A stretch of 64,000 nt of DNA. It comes from Podarcis melisellensis (Eukaryota). The position numbers and the translations under genes are program-made. Below, piece after piece: positions 1 to 12,638 of this stretch (position 1 is the stretch's first letter; each line of letters opens with the position of its first letter). The stretch lies in assembly GCA_964234715.1 (NCBI GenBank), contig OZ174283.1; one strand, written 5' to 3'. The notes under the pieces were generated by a model that ran no database searches, was not told the DNA's origin, and saw only the letters and a list, made by a program, of their open reading frames with translations.

Positions 1-664
1 GCTGTTTCCCTATCCCTCCCAAAACACTCTCCTTCAATTGAGACAGGATGCTGAGTACATAAGTAATGGCACTGATTAACATTTTATCCAGATTAATGTA
101 ACATGGGAAATAACCATTGCAATTTTTAGACAAGTGCTTTATATGCCTGCTTGGCGAACTAAAAGCAAGTCTAGAAACTCCTCTTTTAACAGTTGCTGAA
201 CAACTGTGAAATGAAAAATGAAAAATATTTTTTAAGATATTCTCTACCCTTTTTTGGGGGGTAAATAGCAAGTTAGAAAATTAATCCACAACATCATCTT
301 GACATATTTTTGTAGATTGTAGTGTGAAAACAGAATTGGAAACTATACAATCAAGATTAGATATTCCATTGATAAAATTCCAAATTAATGGATTGATCTA
401 ATCCACTCACAGGAATATATTATTCTTTCAGCCATCCAGTGACAAGAGATATGGTTGCAGTATTAGAAAGGCTAGGAGAGTTTTCATGAGAGCCTGAACT
501 GCATTCATTGTGCAGCTAGATTTGATGGGTACATTTTTGCTTTCAGAAGATAAATTTGAAGCACACTACATTAGTTATATCTAACAAACACCTCAGCTTC
601 TGTAGTCCTTTTTCCCCCTAGTAGTTGAATCCACACATTATCGTGACATGTTAAAATTCCAGAA

Positions 665-1400
665 GAGTGATGTTAACAGCAAAAAGAAAAACAAACTATA
701 ATACCATAAAGGCTAACTGTCATAATATGGCATGAGCTTTCAGAGGCAAGAGGTATAAAACAGACGAAATAAAATAAGAATGTGATGAGTATATATGCAC
801 CATCTTTGAATAACAGGCAACAGAAAACTACATTTTTATTTTTATCTTACAAAGTGACCGAGGCAGAAGCTGTGAAGAAAGCAAGGTCTTTTAATTAATT
901 TTCTCTCGGAAATTAAAGCAATAAATATAGGAGTGAATGGAGATGCTACTGTAAACATCAGACCCTGGAGATTGTCAAACTTCATCAGCAAATGATGATA
1001 ACTCTTCAGCGGTGATTGTTAATATTCACTGGTAGTTGTCAACATATACTGGAAGAATGTTAAAAACTATATCCACAGCTTCAGATTTCTGACATTCACA
1101 ATAATCAACATTGCTAAGTATTAAATCAGACTAGTTGAAACATTCTAAGTAATGAATATTTAGAACACACATGCCCAAGTGGGAATCAGTCTTTGTGTTT
1201 TTTTCTATTGAAACCATGATATTGAGACAGTGTAACTGACAGTACATTGGCCTTGGGGATTCTACATACTCATAGTAAACTAAGGCAACAATAAAACATA
1301 AGCACTAGGCAAGTCATGAAAAGGAATTTCATGTGCAGGGTATTCATAATATGGGTAAATCTGGCAATGTTCCAGATATGATGTTTAGACAGGAAGAGTG
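665..1400 (-). mobile_element. Highly decayed Penelope/Neptune-like element 3' remnant (tentative)
   Basis: 675-750 (cagcaaaaag...taaaggctaac...atggcatgagctttc) resembles the antisense terminal repeat of reptile Neptune elements from memory. There is weak GIY-YIG-like residue further along. Boundaries are approximate. Confidence 0.35.
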
Positions 1401-2325
1401 GTATTGGGAATAAGGAATTATTAAGATGTAGCAAAGGAAATAGATGTAGAAAAGGAAATAGATCTTAGAATCAAAGATCTGAAACAAATACTTCTTTATG
1501 TACCTTAGAGAAAATTTCAACTTTCTGGTTATGAGAGCAACAGAAAAGTGGGAAACAATGAAATGATCTATGTGTATTGTTCATAGTTATTACCAGTGCC
1601 ATCAACCGGGCTAGTGATATTAATTAGGATGGAGCTGAAAGGGAGGCAAAGTTTCACAACGACTTTAACACCCTTTAAAAACACATGCCTTTGATTTCTT
1701 GAAACGGAACAAAAATACACACCAGGGATTGGGTGGGATAATAATTAGGCAATGCTTCCTGTCTTGCTATGTTTCATCGCTGTAAAACTGCCACAGCACA
1801 GCATGGCAAAACAGAGAACCATCCGCCTTGTCAAATCAACAAGGCTGTTACTTCAGAAGCAGTTCAGTGAGGCAATGCAGGAAGAATCTCCAGGTAACTA
1901 CTAGTAATCTGGAGACTAAAGGCACTGTCTCAACACTTCCAGGAAACCATTTGTTTTAAGATGAAGTGAGTTTCTCTGGGAAGATAAGGGATGTATGGAG
2001 AGTGATGTGGGAATTATGCTATAGTAAGAAGCGACTGAGAGTTGTGCCATAGTGGTGACCTACATTATGTTTAGTGATCAGAACTATTTATTCTTGCTAA
2101 AACTGTTTTGTGCCTTTGAAGTGGATTCAGTAATTACGGTATTACCTAAACCAAAAACAAATTCTGAACAAATTAAATGCTTATGTGAACGAACATGCCT
2201 GTTACTGTGTTTAAAAATACAAAACTTAGATGTTCTTTGTAAAAGGCGAACTTCACTACTGGTTTATTGTGGATTGTTTCTTATCTCTTGTGAATTATTA
2301 AATGATATATTTTCTTTGTCCCCAG

Positions 2326-2448
2326 CAATGCATCTATTTGGCCTCAACTGGCAGTTACAGCAGACTGAAAATGACACATTTGAAAATGGAAAAGTGAATT
2401 CTGATACTGTGCCAACACACACTGTGTCATTGCCTTCTGGTGAAAATG
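2326..2448 (+). CDS. TENM3: Teneurin-3 exon, end of TM segment and juxtamembrane linker ([10 protein letters not shown]...PSGENG)
   Basis: tttctttgtccccag|CAATG ... AATG|gtaaga; 123 nt, phase 1-1. Confidence 0.95.
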
Positions 2449-4990
2449 GTAAGAGAGCATCTTACTTCTGTTTAGCTTGCCTTTTAAATATGTCAATATC
2501 ATTAAGGTTCTCTCTCATTTTACAATTGTTTCAGTCCGTCCCATTTATTGAAATTTCAGTGTCAATTTTAAAAGGAAGAAAACAGAGAACTGCCAAGTCG
2601 CATGTGATGCAGGGCTTTGCATCTTTAATAGCTGTGAAGAAGTTAAAATTTGGTAACCTTGCATAGGCCAGTCTTCTACTGTTTACACATACTTACTATG
2701 GGATCCAGAATGTAAAAAACACTTTACTACATGGAGTATGGTTCCACTTGATGACGCTACACTATGTGATCTCTTTGCTGCCTTCACTGCCACCAAGCCA
2801 GTATTAATATGGGCTCTTAACAGATTCAGATTCATCCCACATCTTTCTCCACCATCACTCTGCCTATCAAAGCACTTCATTGCTCTTCGTCTTTCAGAAA
2901 CAGTAAGAGAGAATACCTCATAGTGATTGTGTCAACTGCCTGAGTCACCTCCCCATTCCACAGCATTCAGGAATCCTTCTGGATCCAGAAGTCTCCAAGC
3001 AGGGAGCATTTTAATTGGGTTCCTACCCTGTAGAGATCATGAGTTCCAGCAAACCTCAACCACATAAGGCAGTGATCTGCCCATAGCAGTTGAATTCTTT
3101 TTGGAGGGGAGGAACCCTACCCATTAGCAGCCTTGCATTCATTAGCAGCAACTACAACTGATGTTACCTCAAAGAGGTCTCCCCCACTGGCAGCGATCTG
3201 CTGTCTATGGCAAGGCCAAGGGATATTTCCCACTCAAAATCACCTCACAGGCCAACACATCTGTTATATAGTCTGGCTGTGGCAGGTGTTATAATCTACT
3301 TTCCTTACAGATGATCTTGTGACTACTCCCAGATCTGCTGTTCCCTCTAGGGCCTAGGCCATTTACTACTACTGCTGGTTCATCTGGAACTACAGCAGCC
3401 ACAAGAGATATTACATTGTGGGACAACACCCATAAAATGGATGCAATAGTCACTTTGGGACGGGGCTTTGATGTTCATCAGTGGAGGTAGAATTAACTTT
3501 ACAGTGAAACATGATTGCATTATTGATTACGGGTCAAAAATGGCTTTGGCCTGGGCATTGGGTATGTATCCTGAATCAGCCAACCTGATTGCTAGCTGAT
3601 AATTCCCAACAGGGTCAATTCTGGGAGCAAACCCAGTCCCTGAAAAAAACTCTTGAGCATCTGTGGACTGTAAATTATTACATAGGCGACAAAGAAACTA
3701 GAATGGCTAAATTGTTGTACAGTATGTGTTTGTTGTGTGTGGCCTGTTTGCCTTTCTTTGAAAGTGCTTAAGGCTTTCCTTGTGTTATATTGAAGATGTA
3801 TGATTCCCTCCTATTGAAATCTACCAGATCATGTGCAATGTGTTTATCTTTTTTGAAAGTTGTGCTAGGATTTCATATTGCATCTGCCTCTGCCAGGTAA
3901 TATATAAAAGTCAAACACTATATTAATTTCGTTGTAGGAACTTTTAAAACACAAATCACATAAAGGGATTATATTTTATTGACTTTCCCTGATGTTGCCC
4001 TTTAAGTTTCTCTAAAACTTCAAAGAGTCCATGCCCTTTTGGCTAACAGATCAATAGTTTTTAAATGGAAAACCTTATTTAAATGGTTGATGAATACTGT
4101 ATTTACTGCACTATTTTCTTTAAATCTGTTTTCCCATTCACAGTGTACAGGTGACCTCTGTCACTGTGGAGGAAGATAGAAGAAGCCTTTTCTGTTCACT
4201 TTTCTGCCCATCACAGTTCCAAATTATAGAAATGATATGACTCAATTTCCCATTTCTGCCATTTTTTTAGACATCTTGCCTAAGAAGAATGCTCCTTTAT
4301 CCCTCCTCTCATTCCTTTTTGCCTCAAATCTGTGCATTGTACTTTGGTATCCATTATCTCTATCCTTATGTGGGCGGCTTCCTACTTAAAGTAAAGAACA
4401 AGGGGAGAATCTATTGTGCATTTAATGAATATATATACACTATAGCAGCAGCTGCGGCTGCAACATTCTTCAGCTATGACTAATGAATGCAAACTTCTAT
4501 ATAAAACTTCATTTTCACTATCATTATTGACAATTTCATGGAATATGTGACAAATAGAGTGAGAAAGAGATGTGTTCTTGAAACTGCTAATGTATTGGTA
4601 TTAAAAAAAGATAAAGAATCAGATCATTATAATTGATGATTTCTAGTACATTCTGTTCAGATAACTAGTTTTTGCTACAAGATAGTTAACATTTTATGAC
4701 ATTCAATACTGGAACACTGCTACAAGTTACAGCGAAAGGAAAAGGAAGTATAATGATGTTACATTTTGGGATCTTTGCCATTTAGATTGTTGTGGACCTT
4801 TGAGCAACAGACAGTTGGTGGAGGAAAAGATGCTCTGCCCACATCAATGCCATGTGAGAAAAGGCTCATGGCATTATCCCCCTCTCTTTCCCACCATTTA
4901 CAAAGTTCCCCTCCCCCCAATCATTCAATCACCCTCATGGCTCAGTAACTGATTGGTGGCTTTCATTGTCCTCCAGCAAGACCAAACCCA

Positions 4991-5964
4991 ATTAATGGTT
5001 TCTCCTCATCCTGGAAAAAAGTGACGTGGGGTGCCACAGGGTTCTGTCCTGGTCCCATTGTTGTTCCACATCTTTATAAATGACTTGGATGAAGTAATTG
5101 AGGGGATGCTCATCAAAATTGCAGATGATACGAAACTAGGAGAGGTAGCTAATGCCGCAGAAGACAGAATCAAAATTCGAAATGACCTTAGCATTTGGAG
5201 AACTGGGCGCAAAGTAACAAGAATTTCAATAGGGACAAATGTAAGTTTCTGCACTTAGGCATGAAGAATCAGATGCACAAATATAGGATGGGGGACATCT
5301 GGCTTACTAGCAAAACATTTGAAAAGCATCTAGGGGTCTTGGTGGACCATAAGCAAAAAAAAAAAAAAAAGCTAACACTATTCTAGGCTGCATCAACAGA
5401 AGTAAAGTGTCCAGATAAAGGGAAATAATAACCCCACTCTCTTCTGCCTTGGTCAGACCACACCTGGAATACTGTGTCCAGTTCTGGGCACCACCATTTA
5501 AGAAGGATGTTGGCAAGCTGGAGCGTGTACAGAGGAGGGCAACTGAGATGATCAAGGGTCTAGAAGTCAAGCCTTATGAGAATGGTTGAAGGAGCTAGGT
5601 ATGTTTAGCCTTGAAAAGAGGAGACTGAGAGGAAATATGATAGGCATCTTTAAATATCTAAAGGGCTGTCACAGAGAAGATGGAACAAGCTTGTTTTCTC
5701 CTGCTCTGGAAGGTAGGGCTCAAACCAATGGCTTCAAGTTACAATAAAGGAGATTCTGACTAAACAAATGGAAAAAACTTTCTGACAGTAAGAGCTATTT
5801 GACAGTGGAAGAGTCTCCCTAGGGAGGTGGTGGACTCTCCTTCCTTGGAGGTCTTTAAGCAAAGGTTGGATGGCCATCTAGCATGGATGCTTTAGCTGAA
5901 ATTCCTGCATTGCAGGTGGTTGGACCCGATGATCCTTGGGGTCCTTCAGATTCTATTATTCTAA
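4991..5964 (+). mobile_element. 5'-truncated, frameshifted CR1 LINE (RT C-terminal half and 3' UTR)
   Basis: Translates VPQGSVL..LF.IFINDLD...IADDTKLG, FNRDKCKFLHLG and [15 protein letters not shown] in shifting frames; ends in a CR1-type attctattattcta tail. Confidence 0.93.
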
Positions 5965-8900
5965 GACCAGCAGCAAAATTGGCCCATGGACCAGTCGTGC
6001 AGTCACCCGACACCAGTGATGCCAGCCATTGTCCATCCCAGTCTGGGAAATACTCTCCCTGTTGCTGTTGCCTAATGCTTTGCTCTGTGCTCCAGCTCCA
6101 GTACTAGTAATAGTATTCAGGAGCTGGAGTCAGGCATAAGTCAGCAATAGAGCACCTGATGTCAGGTGCTTTTTCAAAGAAAAAAATAGCTCAGTCTTAG
6201 TGATCACAGCAACCCTTCCCAGTAGGTCTTGCCCCAATGAGGCAGTTGTGAGGACTGAAGGTCCCCGCCTTCCCACTGCTTTCTTCCCCAGCAACCTAAG
6301 GCTCCACCGTCTTTGTTTTCATTGCTCCTCCCTCTTCATTTCTCTGCATGTTCTGGGATTTCCCCAGCTGGTGCCTTCCACCACTCCTCTGCATCCAGCT
6401 GGTCCATGACAAGTATACGCTGTGGCCCACCCAATAAAAGGCATGCAGGTTACTGAGTGGGGAAGGGCACCGGGAGTTTGCCAGATATGACCATCCTATA
6501 CCCTACAGAAATAGCTGTTACTGCTGTCAGTCATACTCATACTCATATCTCTTGAGGTAGGAGACAGTTCTGCCACATCTGCGGTGGAAAGTATGGTTAC
6601 ATAATGGGAGGCACATGGCTGTGATGTGATGACTAGAATGTTGTTGGGAATAAGGCTGAAAGGGCTCAGCTGATAGCTGGACATACACATATTGACCATG
6701 GTGGGATCTAATATATCCAAGTCAACTGTTGCCCAACTGCTAGTGGGTGAATAATAGAATCATAGAATGCCTGGTCTACGTTATGTGAGAAGCATGAGGA
6801 AATGGCTGACTTCTGCCATCATTATTATTTTTTCTAGCAACTGGGAGATAGAATGGCATGTTTAATGGAAACAGGACTGTTGCCAACAAGGGCAAGCTCA
6901 CTGAACATAGTGCTTAATTCAGCTTTCCTCATGTTCTGATACTGTTGCAGCATGCATTCCTCCAATTTCAGTGCTCTATGTTGGCTGACAGGAGTAGGAA
7001 AAGACACATTATATATTAGAGTTAAGTTGAATCGGAAGTGTTTAGCATGGGGCTGCTATTTTCAGCAGAGTTTTGTTCTTTGTAACTTGTAGTTCTTCTC
7101 TGAATGTTCTGCATTGTACGACGGGAAAACTATACAGTCTTCATTTTGAAACAAAATGAGAAGTCAATTGAATGGAACGATATATGCCCAGGCATACATT
7201 AAATGGAAAGGGACGAAGGCCCTAACCCCAATTACCTGGAAGTAAGCTCTAATGAATTCAATAGAACTTACTTCTGAGAAGGCATGTTTAAGATTGAGCT
7301 TTTAAGATATGGACACATGTGCAGTGTTTACTCTGATGCTACTAAATGTTCAGATATAAAGTGCATTGGAAGTGTGCTATAGGGAAAAGTCTATTTAGGA
7401 TGGCTTAGGTTACTTAAACATGCAATCCGATTTAGTCCAGTACTGGCTTAGTTCAGTCTGTAGTGATCATTGCATCAATCAGTACAGTGCAATATAAGCC
7501 AACTTGTTTCATATGTTTACAAACAGACTTTCAAGCTGCTACCAAATAAAGATTAGTGCTGATGCAGAAATCAATCCTAGTAATTACTTAATAAGTGCTG
7601 CATGTCAAAAATTCTTACACGTAAAAGAATTACACATTGTCTAAACATTCCTCCCTAATTATTTTGTGACTTTCCCTATGTGAGTAATTACACTGTGAAA
7701 AACAGACCATCTATTTAACAAGGTACAGTGTAATTGAGCTCTCTCTCACTTAGAGGGTGAACTCTGCTAGCTAATGTTACATTTACTGTGCATACTTCCA
7801 TGGGAGTTTGAGAAATTTCAATAAATGTTTGAAAAGTAAATTAGGTTCTCAAATAAATATCCCTGTAAACGTCAGTGGGTTAATTTAAAATATTGATTAC
7901 AATTAAGAAAACAGTTTGAAAAACGCCAAGCTTATTCTGTTCTAGATGATGATTTTTCTTCATCTACTCTTTTATATTAAAAATAAAGTGCTGATTAGCA
8001 TAATCTTCATGTAAATAATTTATTTGTCGTTTGATATATTCAAGGATCATTTGTTGAAATTGTATACCTTAAGACATTGAAAAATAGCAAAAGACGAGAT
8101 TAAAAATGCCTTGCCACGCTATTTAAAATACTTTATATATTGTTTGAAATACTTCATTCTGATTAAATGATCTCCTGATGAGATTGTTTATTGATTTTTA
8201 TACAAGAACCTTTCTTGTTTTTAACTATTTTGAGTTGCAGTTACTCTAACCAAATGTGCTAGGAAATGATGCTAGTTGTTTTTGAAAGAATTGTCTCAGC
8301 TATCTCACAGTTGGTGGTATGATTCCAAGGTTATGTTATGCAATTGGATGGTGTGCTATTGATTGGCTATAAATTTAATTTTACTCCTTGATACCCTTTA
8401 AAGCTTCCCATGATCACTGAAAGCTTGAAATTATATTAAACTATGCTCTGCAGCAGGCATTGTTAATCTTTTAATGTCTTGGTAAATTATACCAAATTCA
8501 TTTTGTGTTATTAAATTAAATTAATAATTACTTTTATTGATTTGTTTAAACTTTAGCCTGTCTATTTGCTAAATAAACATTGTCATAGTTGTGTCTTGAT
8601 TTTGTACATCCTTAAGAAAAAAAATCATTCATGTTGTTAAGTAAATATTTAAATACAGTAAAGTACAGATTTATGTATGTATGCTGTGTGTGTGTGTGTG
8701 TGTTTCTCTTAATAAAATTATGGAGCACTGAAATATGGGCTGAGGAGAATTTGAAAATACAGCCATTTAAACAATTTGTTTTTAACAATCATATAGAAAT
8801 GTTAATACAAATACCTAGAGTAGTTGTTACTAGCTGTATTTTGCATATGGGTTAGGGGACAAGATTTTGCTTTTCAGGAAGCCTAGCATCAATATTTTGT

Positions 8901-10380
8901 TTTGCATTTTATGACAACACACTTTAAAGCACAAAATGAAATTATTGCAGGTCCCTTCTAAATGAAATTAGCCCAGTGTATAAAAATATCTGGACTGTCA
9001 GATCACATGTTCCCTCTTCTCCCACTGTCCCCACTTTATCATCAGTTTTAACCCAAAACATGAGCTCCTTTGTTGATTTTCATCTGATCATGGGAAGACT
9101 AAATGAGTTTTGGACGATCCCTGATTCCAATGCACCCTGCAGGCCAGATTTCCTTCCTCTTCCTGAAATTCACATGCTTAGCACAAAGGTCTGGAGGGGA
9201 CTTTAAACAGCTCAATTTGTGCAGAAACTTTCTGTTCAGCTGTTTTGTCTATAGCACCCTTTGTTGTAGAACTTTTTTGTATAGTAAAGCTGCTGCCTGT
9301 CAATTTTGGTTGAAGAACCTATGTTTTCCTACTTTACAGGTTTCTGATGTCCCAACTATTCATTTTCTCTGCATTTTTTTAAGTCTAATTTTTTCCTCTT
9401 TCCTCTGTCCTCGCCCCCCACAAGCAATTTTAAACCTTTTATGAAAAAGTGCATTATACATCCTCCCTGGTGCTTTAGCTACCCACTCCTGTACAGCACC
9501 AGTCCGTGAACCCTTTCCAAATAAACCTTAATAATGCACATATATTTTCAATTTTTGCAGCACACTAACTTCATGGTTTAATTGACCATTCCAGTATGAC
9601 CTCAAAATCTCTGCTTGAATAGTCAGTTTAAGACTCATATGTGTAGGCAATAGTTTTCTCAGTGTGTATTACTTAACACTCAAAACAATGACTACAGGCA
9701 CACTTCAGTGGACTACACTAGCAAGCTTCAGCTGGACTGACAAAACATCTACAAAGAGAAGAGACATGCACTAGAAACAAAAGATCAACTGATTCATTTA
9801 TTGTTGTTTTCTCTCTTTTTTATAAGTACCATTTTGAAAGCATGTGAAACAGTATTGGTATTCAGCAATACCACAAGTGATTTAAAAGAATACCCCTTTG
9901 CCACAGGGTGTGGGCCCACCACCCACCTGAACTAAGGATCCAACCCAATGCTGCCTGCTGCATGTTACTAATTGACTCCGGCAGCCTTGTGAGTGTTTTC
10001 CAGCACTCAGTGCAATGCAAGAAACAGAAAACACCCCCTCCCATCACGCTGAAGCTGAGGAAGAGTCGCTCCCCCTGCGACGGTCATGCTGAATTGCATC
10101 CACTGCTGCAATCCCGCAGGGAATGGGTATTATTTAGTATGGCACTTTGGACTAGTCTATCTTCAGTTCCAGCTGTATCATTTATGACAGTCCCCCTTCA
10201 ACCTGTTTCCTGTGAAAATCGCAAAAGTGGTTTTTCTTTTTGTCCTGTATCAAATTGAAGAGAGAGAAAAATGCCTCTTCAATATGCAGATTTCTGATAA
10301 AAATTCTTGGACATAATCTATCCTGATATTTTGTCTGGCCTCTGAGTCAGCATTTTGATACTTCAGTTGAACCCATATAA

Positions 10381-11037
10381 ATAAGAGACCAATTTGGCTG
10401 GGTTTTGGATAAAAACAGGCCACAACTTTATTGAATACAGATGAAGGAGGTTTGGCTTCGGCATGGGGCAGTCTAAATACTTCTGGCCCGCTGGCTGGAA
10501 GTAACGTGTGGTCAATCCAGGTGGGGGTTCCTAAAACTTACATCAAATAGAGTGACGCCCACAGGGACCGCCATCTGGGGAGTGCCTTCGGCCTTGGGCA
10601 CACGGACATGGCCACCCCCCCCCGGATACCTTTAATGGGATACCCCAGCGTTTGGAGGGGCAGGTGGGGAAGAACGGCGACCACCATAGCCACCGCAATG
10701 TCATTGCCTATCAGCATAAACCATGGGTGGGTGGGATGGGGAGAAACCTAGCGCAGGAACAAACAGGCTGTGCCCTAGGTGAGGGGACGAATCTGAGGGA
10801 AGCCCACCATTGGCTCTGCCTCCTGGCACAGCCCACATCCCAGTCTGCATCCCCATTTGCCAATGAAGTGTGCAGGGTAACATCCAGCTCCTGATAAGCA
10901 GTGGGGGCATATGCCCCCTCCGCCTGTCAGGAAGGGCCCTGCCATTTGAATTCCACCAGAGGGGCCCCAGTGAAGCCTCTTCCATCCAGCAGTGCTGCCA
11001 CACCAAGAGAGGTGAGCATACTTAGACACTCATACCT
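10381..11037 (-). mobile_element. GC-rich retroelement terminal remnant (DIRS/Ngaro-like or solo LTR)
   Basis: Sharp GC rise. The minus strand has AATAAAGTTGTGGCC about 50 nt from the left edge, a layout I associate with squamate tyrosine-recombinase retroelement termini. No TSD or coding motif seen. Confidence 0.4.
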
Positions 11038-12423
11038 AATCTAAACTCAGTACAGTATGCAAAACACACAGCAGCTAGCATCTTTTGCTTTCTTTGATCT
11101 CGTCCTATGTTTACAGCATCTTTTAATGCCATTATGTAAAAAAAAATGATGAAATGTTCTCACAACATATTTTAAAAGATACTTTCATTATCCCAATACC
11201 TCTGACATATGTATGCTCCATTAATAGTTTTCACAGGTGGTGCTATGTGCACTTTTAAGTCACCACTTGTTGGTGTTATTAAAGCACTACAGAAAGCAGA
11301 AGAGGGGATTTTGAAAATCAAATGTAGGTTTTGCTCAAACGTTGCTTTTCACCCAATTTAGAGATGCAGAAAATTCAAAGCTTGTTTTATCTACCTTTCT
11401 GAAAGCACCCTGCACCATTTATCAATAGCACTGTGCTAAGCAATTTTAAAAAGGTAGAAAAAAGAGTAGAGGTATTAGTAATAGCTGACAGGATAGGTGC
11501 AGCTGCAGAATGGGGAAAGCTTTACATATGTTGCATGGCAGCTAATTTTAAAGTGGAGTTTCAATGATGAGAGACTATTTTTGTACAGAAACCAAATTTA
11601 TTGAAATGTTTTAAGGAATATGCACTATCTAGAGAATGATATACATAACACAGTTAACACTGATGCTTCACTTGAGTAGGTTATAGATTGTAATGTTCTG
11701 TGGTTAGAATAGAAGGATGAGGCATAATAATCATATTTTCATATGCTCAAAGTATGTTGTTTCAAGAGATATCTCGTCATATATTGAAAGCAGGAAGTCC
11801 CATTTCCCCCCAAAATTTGGCTGACTTTGTGTCTTTGCATGTGCACGTTATGTAACTAATTTAAATAGACAGAGTTTGAATTAGTTTTCGCAGAAATGAA
11901 TACGCTTTGAAAGAATACTTCACAGAGCATTCCTAGTGTGTAAATGAATGCCGTACTACCTAATGTAGCGTAAAATTGTACTTATCAATCCCAATGATTG
12001 TTTTGCTACCTGTTTACATGAGAATTTATCTGCAAAGCTGTATACTCCATTTCATCTTAATTTTCACTTGCAAGCATACTGTTGTGTTTAGACAGAATGA
12101 TAAGCACCAGAGTTAATCCTACTTAACAAGATACATATTTTGCAGAATAATTAGGTTAAGAGTGATCAGAATGAGAGTATGTCCTACAACACTTGCCTTA
12201 ACAATATACCTTGGGGAAGTTGTGGGATTTTGACTTTGAAGGTATTTATGTAAGCTGCCCTTGTGTTGTTAGCTCTTCAGTGAATTCCCTAGGATCGTTA
12301 ACATTCTCCGAATGATTCTCAAGTAATATTTCAGTTGAAACTAGTCTCAATATTTGACAGCTTATTTAAAGGATAACTGAAAGCAAATATTTGATGTCTT
12401 AATATATTTTTTTAATCTCTCAG

Positions 12424-12638
12424 GAAAATTAGGAGGATTTGCACAAGAAAACAATACTATAGATTCTGGAGAACTTGATATAGGCCGAAGAGCAACACAA
12501 GAGGTTCCTCCTGGGATCTTCTGGAGGTCACAGGTCTTCATTGATCAGCCACAGTTTCTAAAATTCAATATCTCCCTTCAGAAAGATGCATTGATTGGAG
12601 TATATGGCCGAAAAGGCTTACCACCCTCGCATACTCAA
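12424..12638 (+). CDS. TENM3: Teneurin-3 exon, Ig-like/C1 linker ([22 protein letters not shown]...GLPPSHTQ)
   Basis: tctctcag|GAAAATTA ... ACTCAA|gtaaga; 215 nt, phase 1-0. Translated by hand because it is absent from the ORF track. Confidence 0.95.

Noticed and set aside
2052-2666. 204-aa ORF as a standalone gene
   Set aside because: Only 2326-2448 is teneurin-like and bounded by splice sites; the rest is chance intronic read-through.
4978-5969. AAGACCA on both sides of the CR1 as a TSD
   Set aside because: Short, and the left copy may overlap CR1-derived sequence; not distinguishable from chance.
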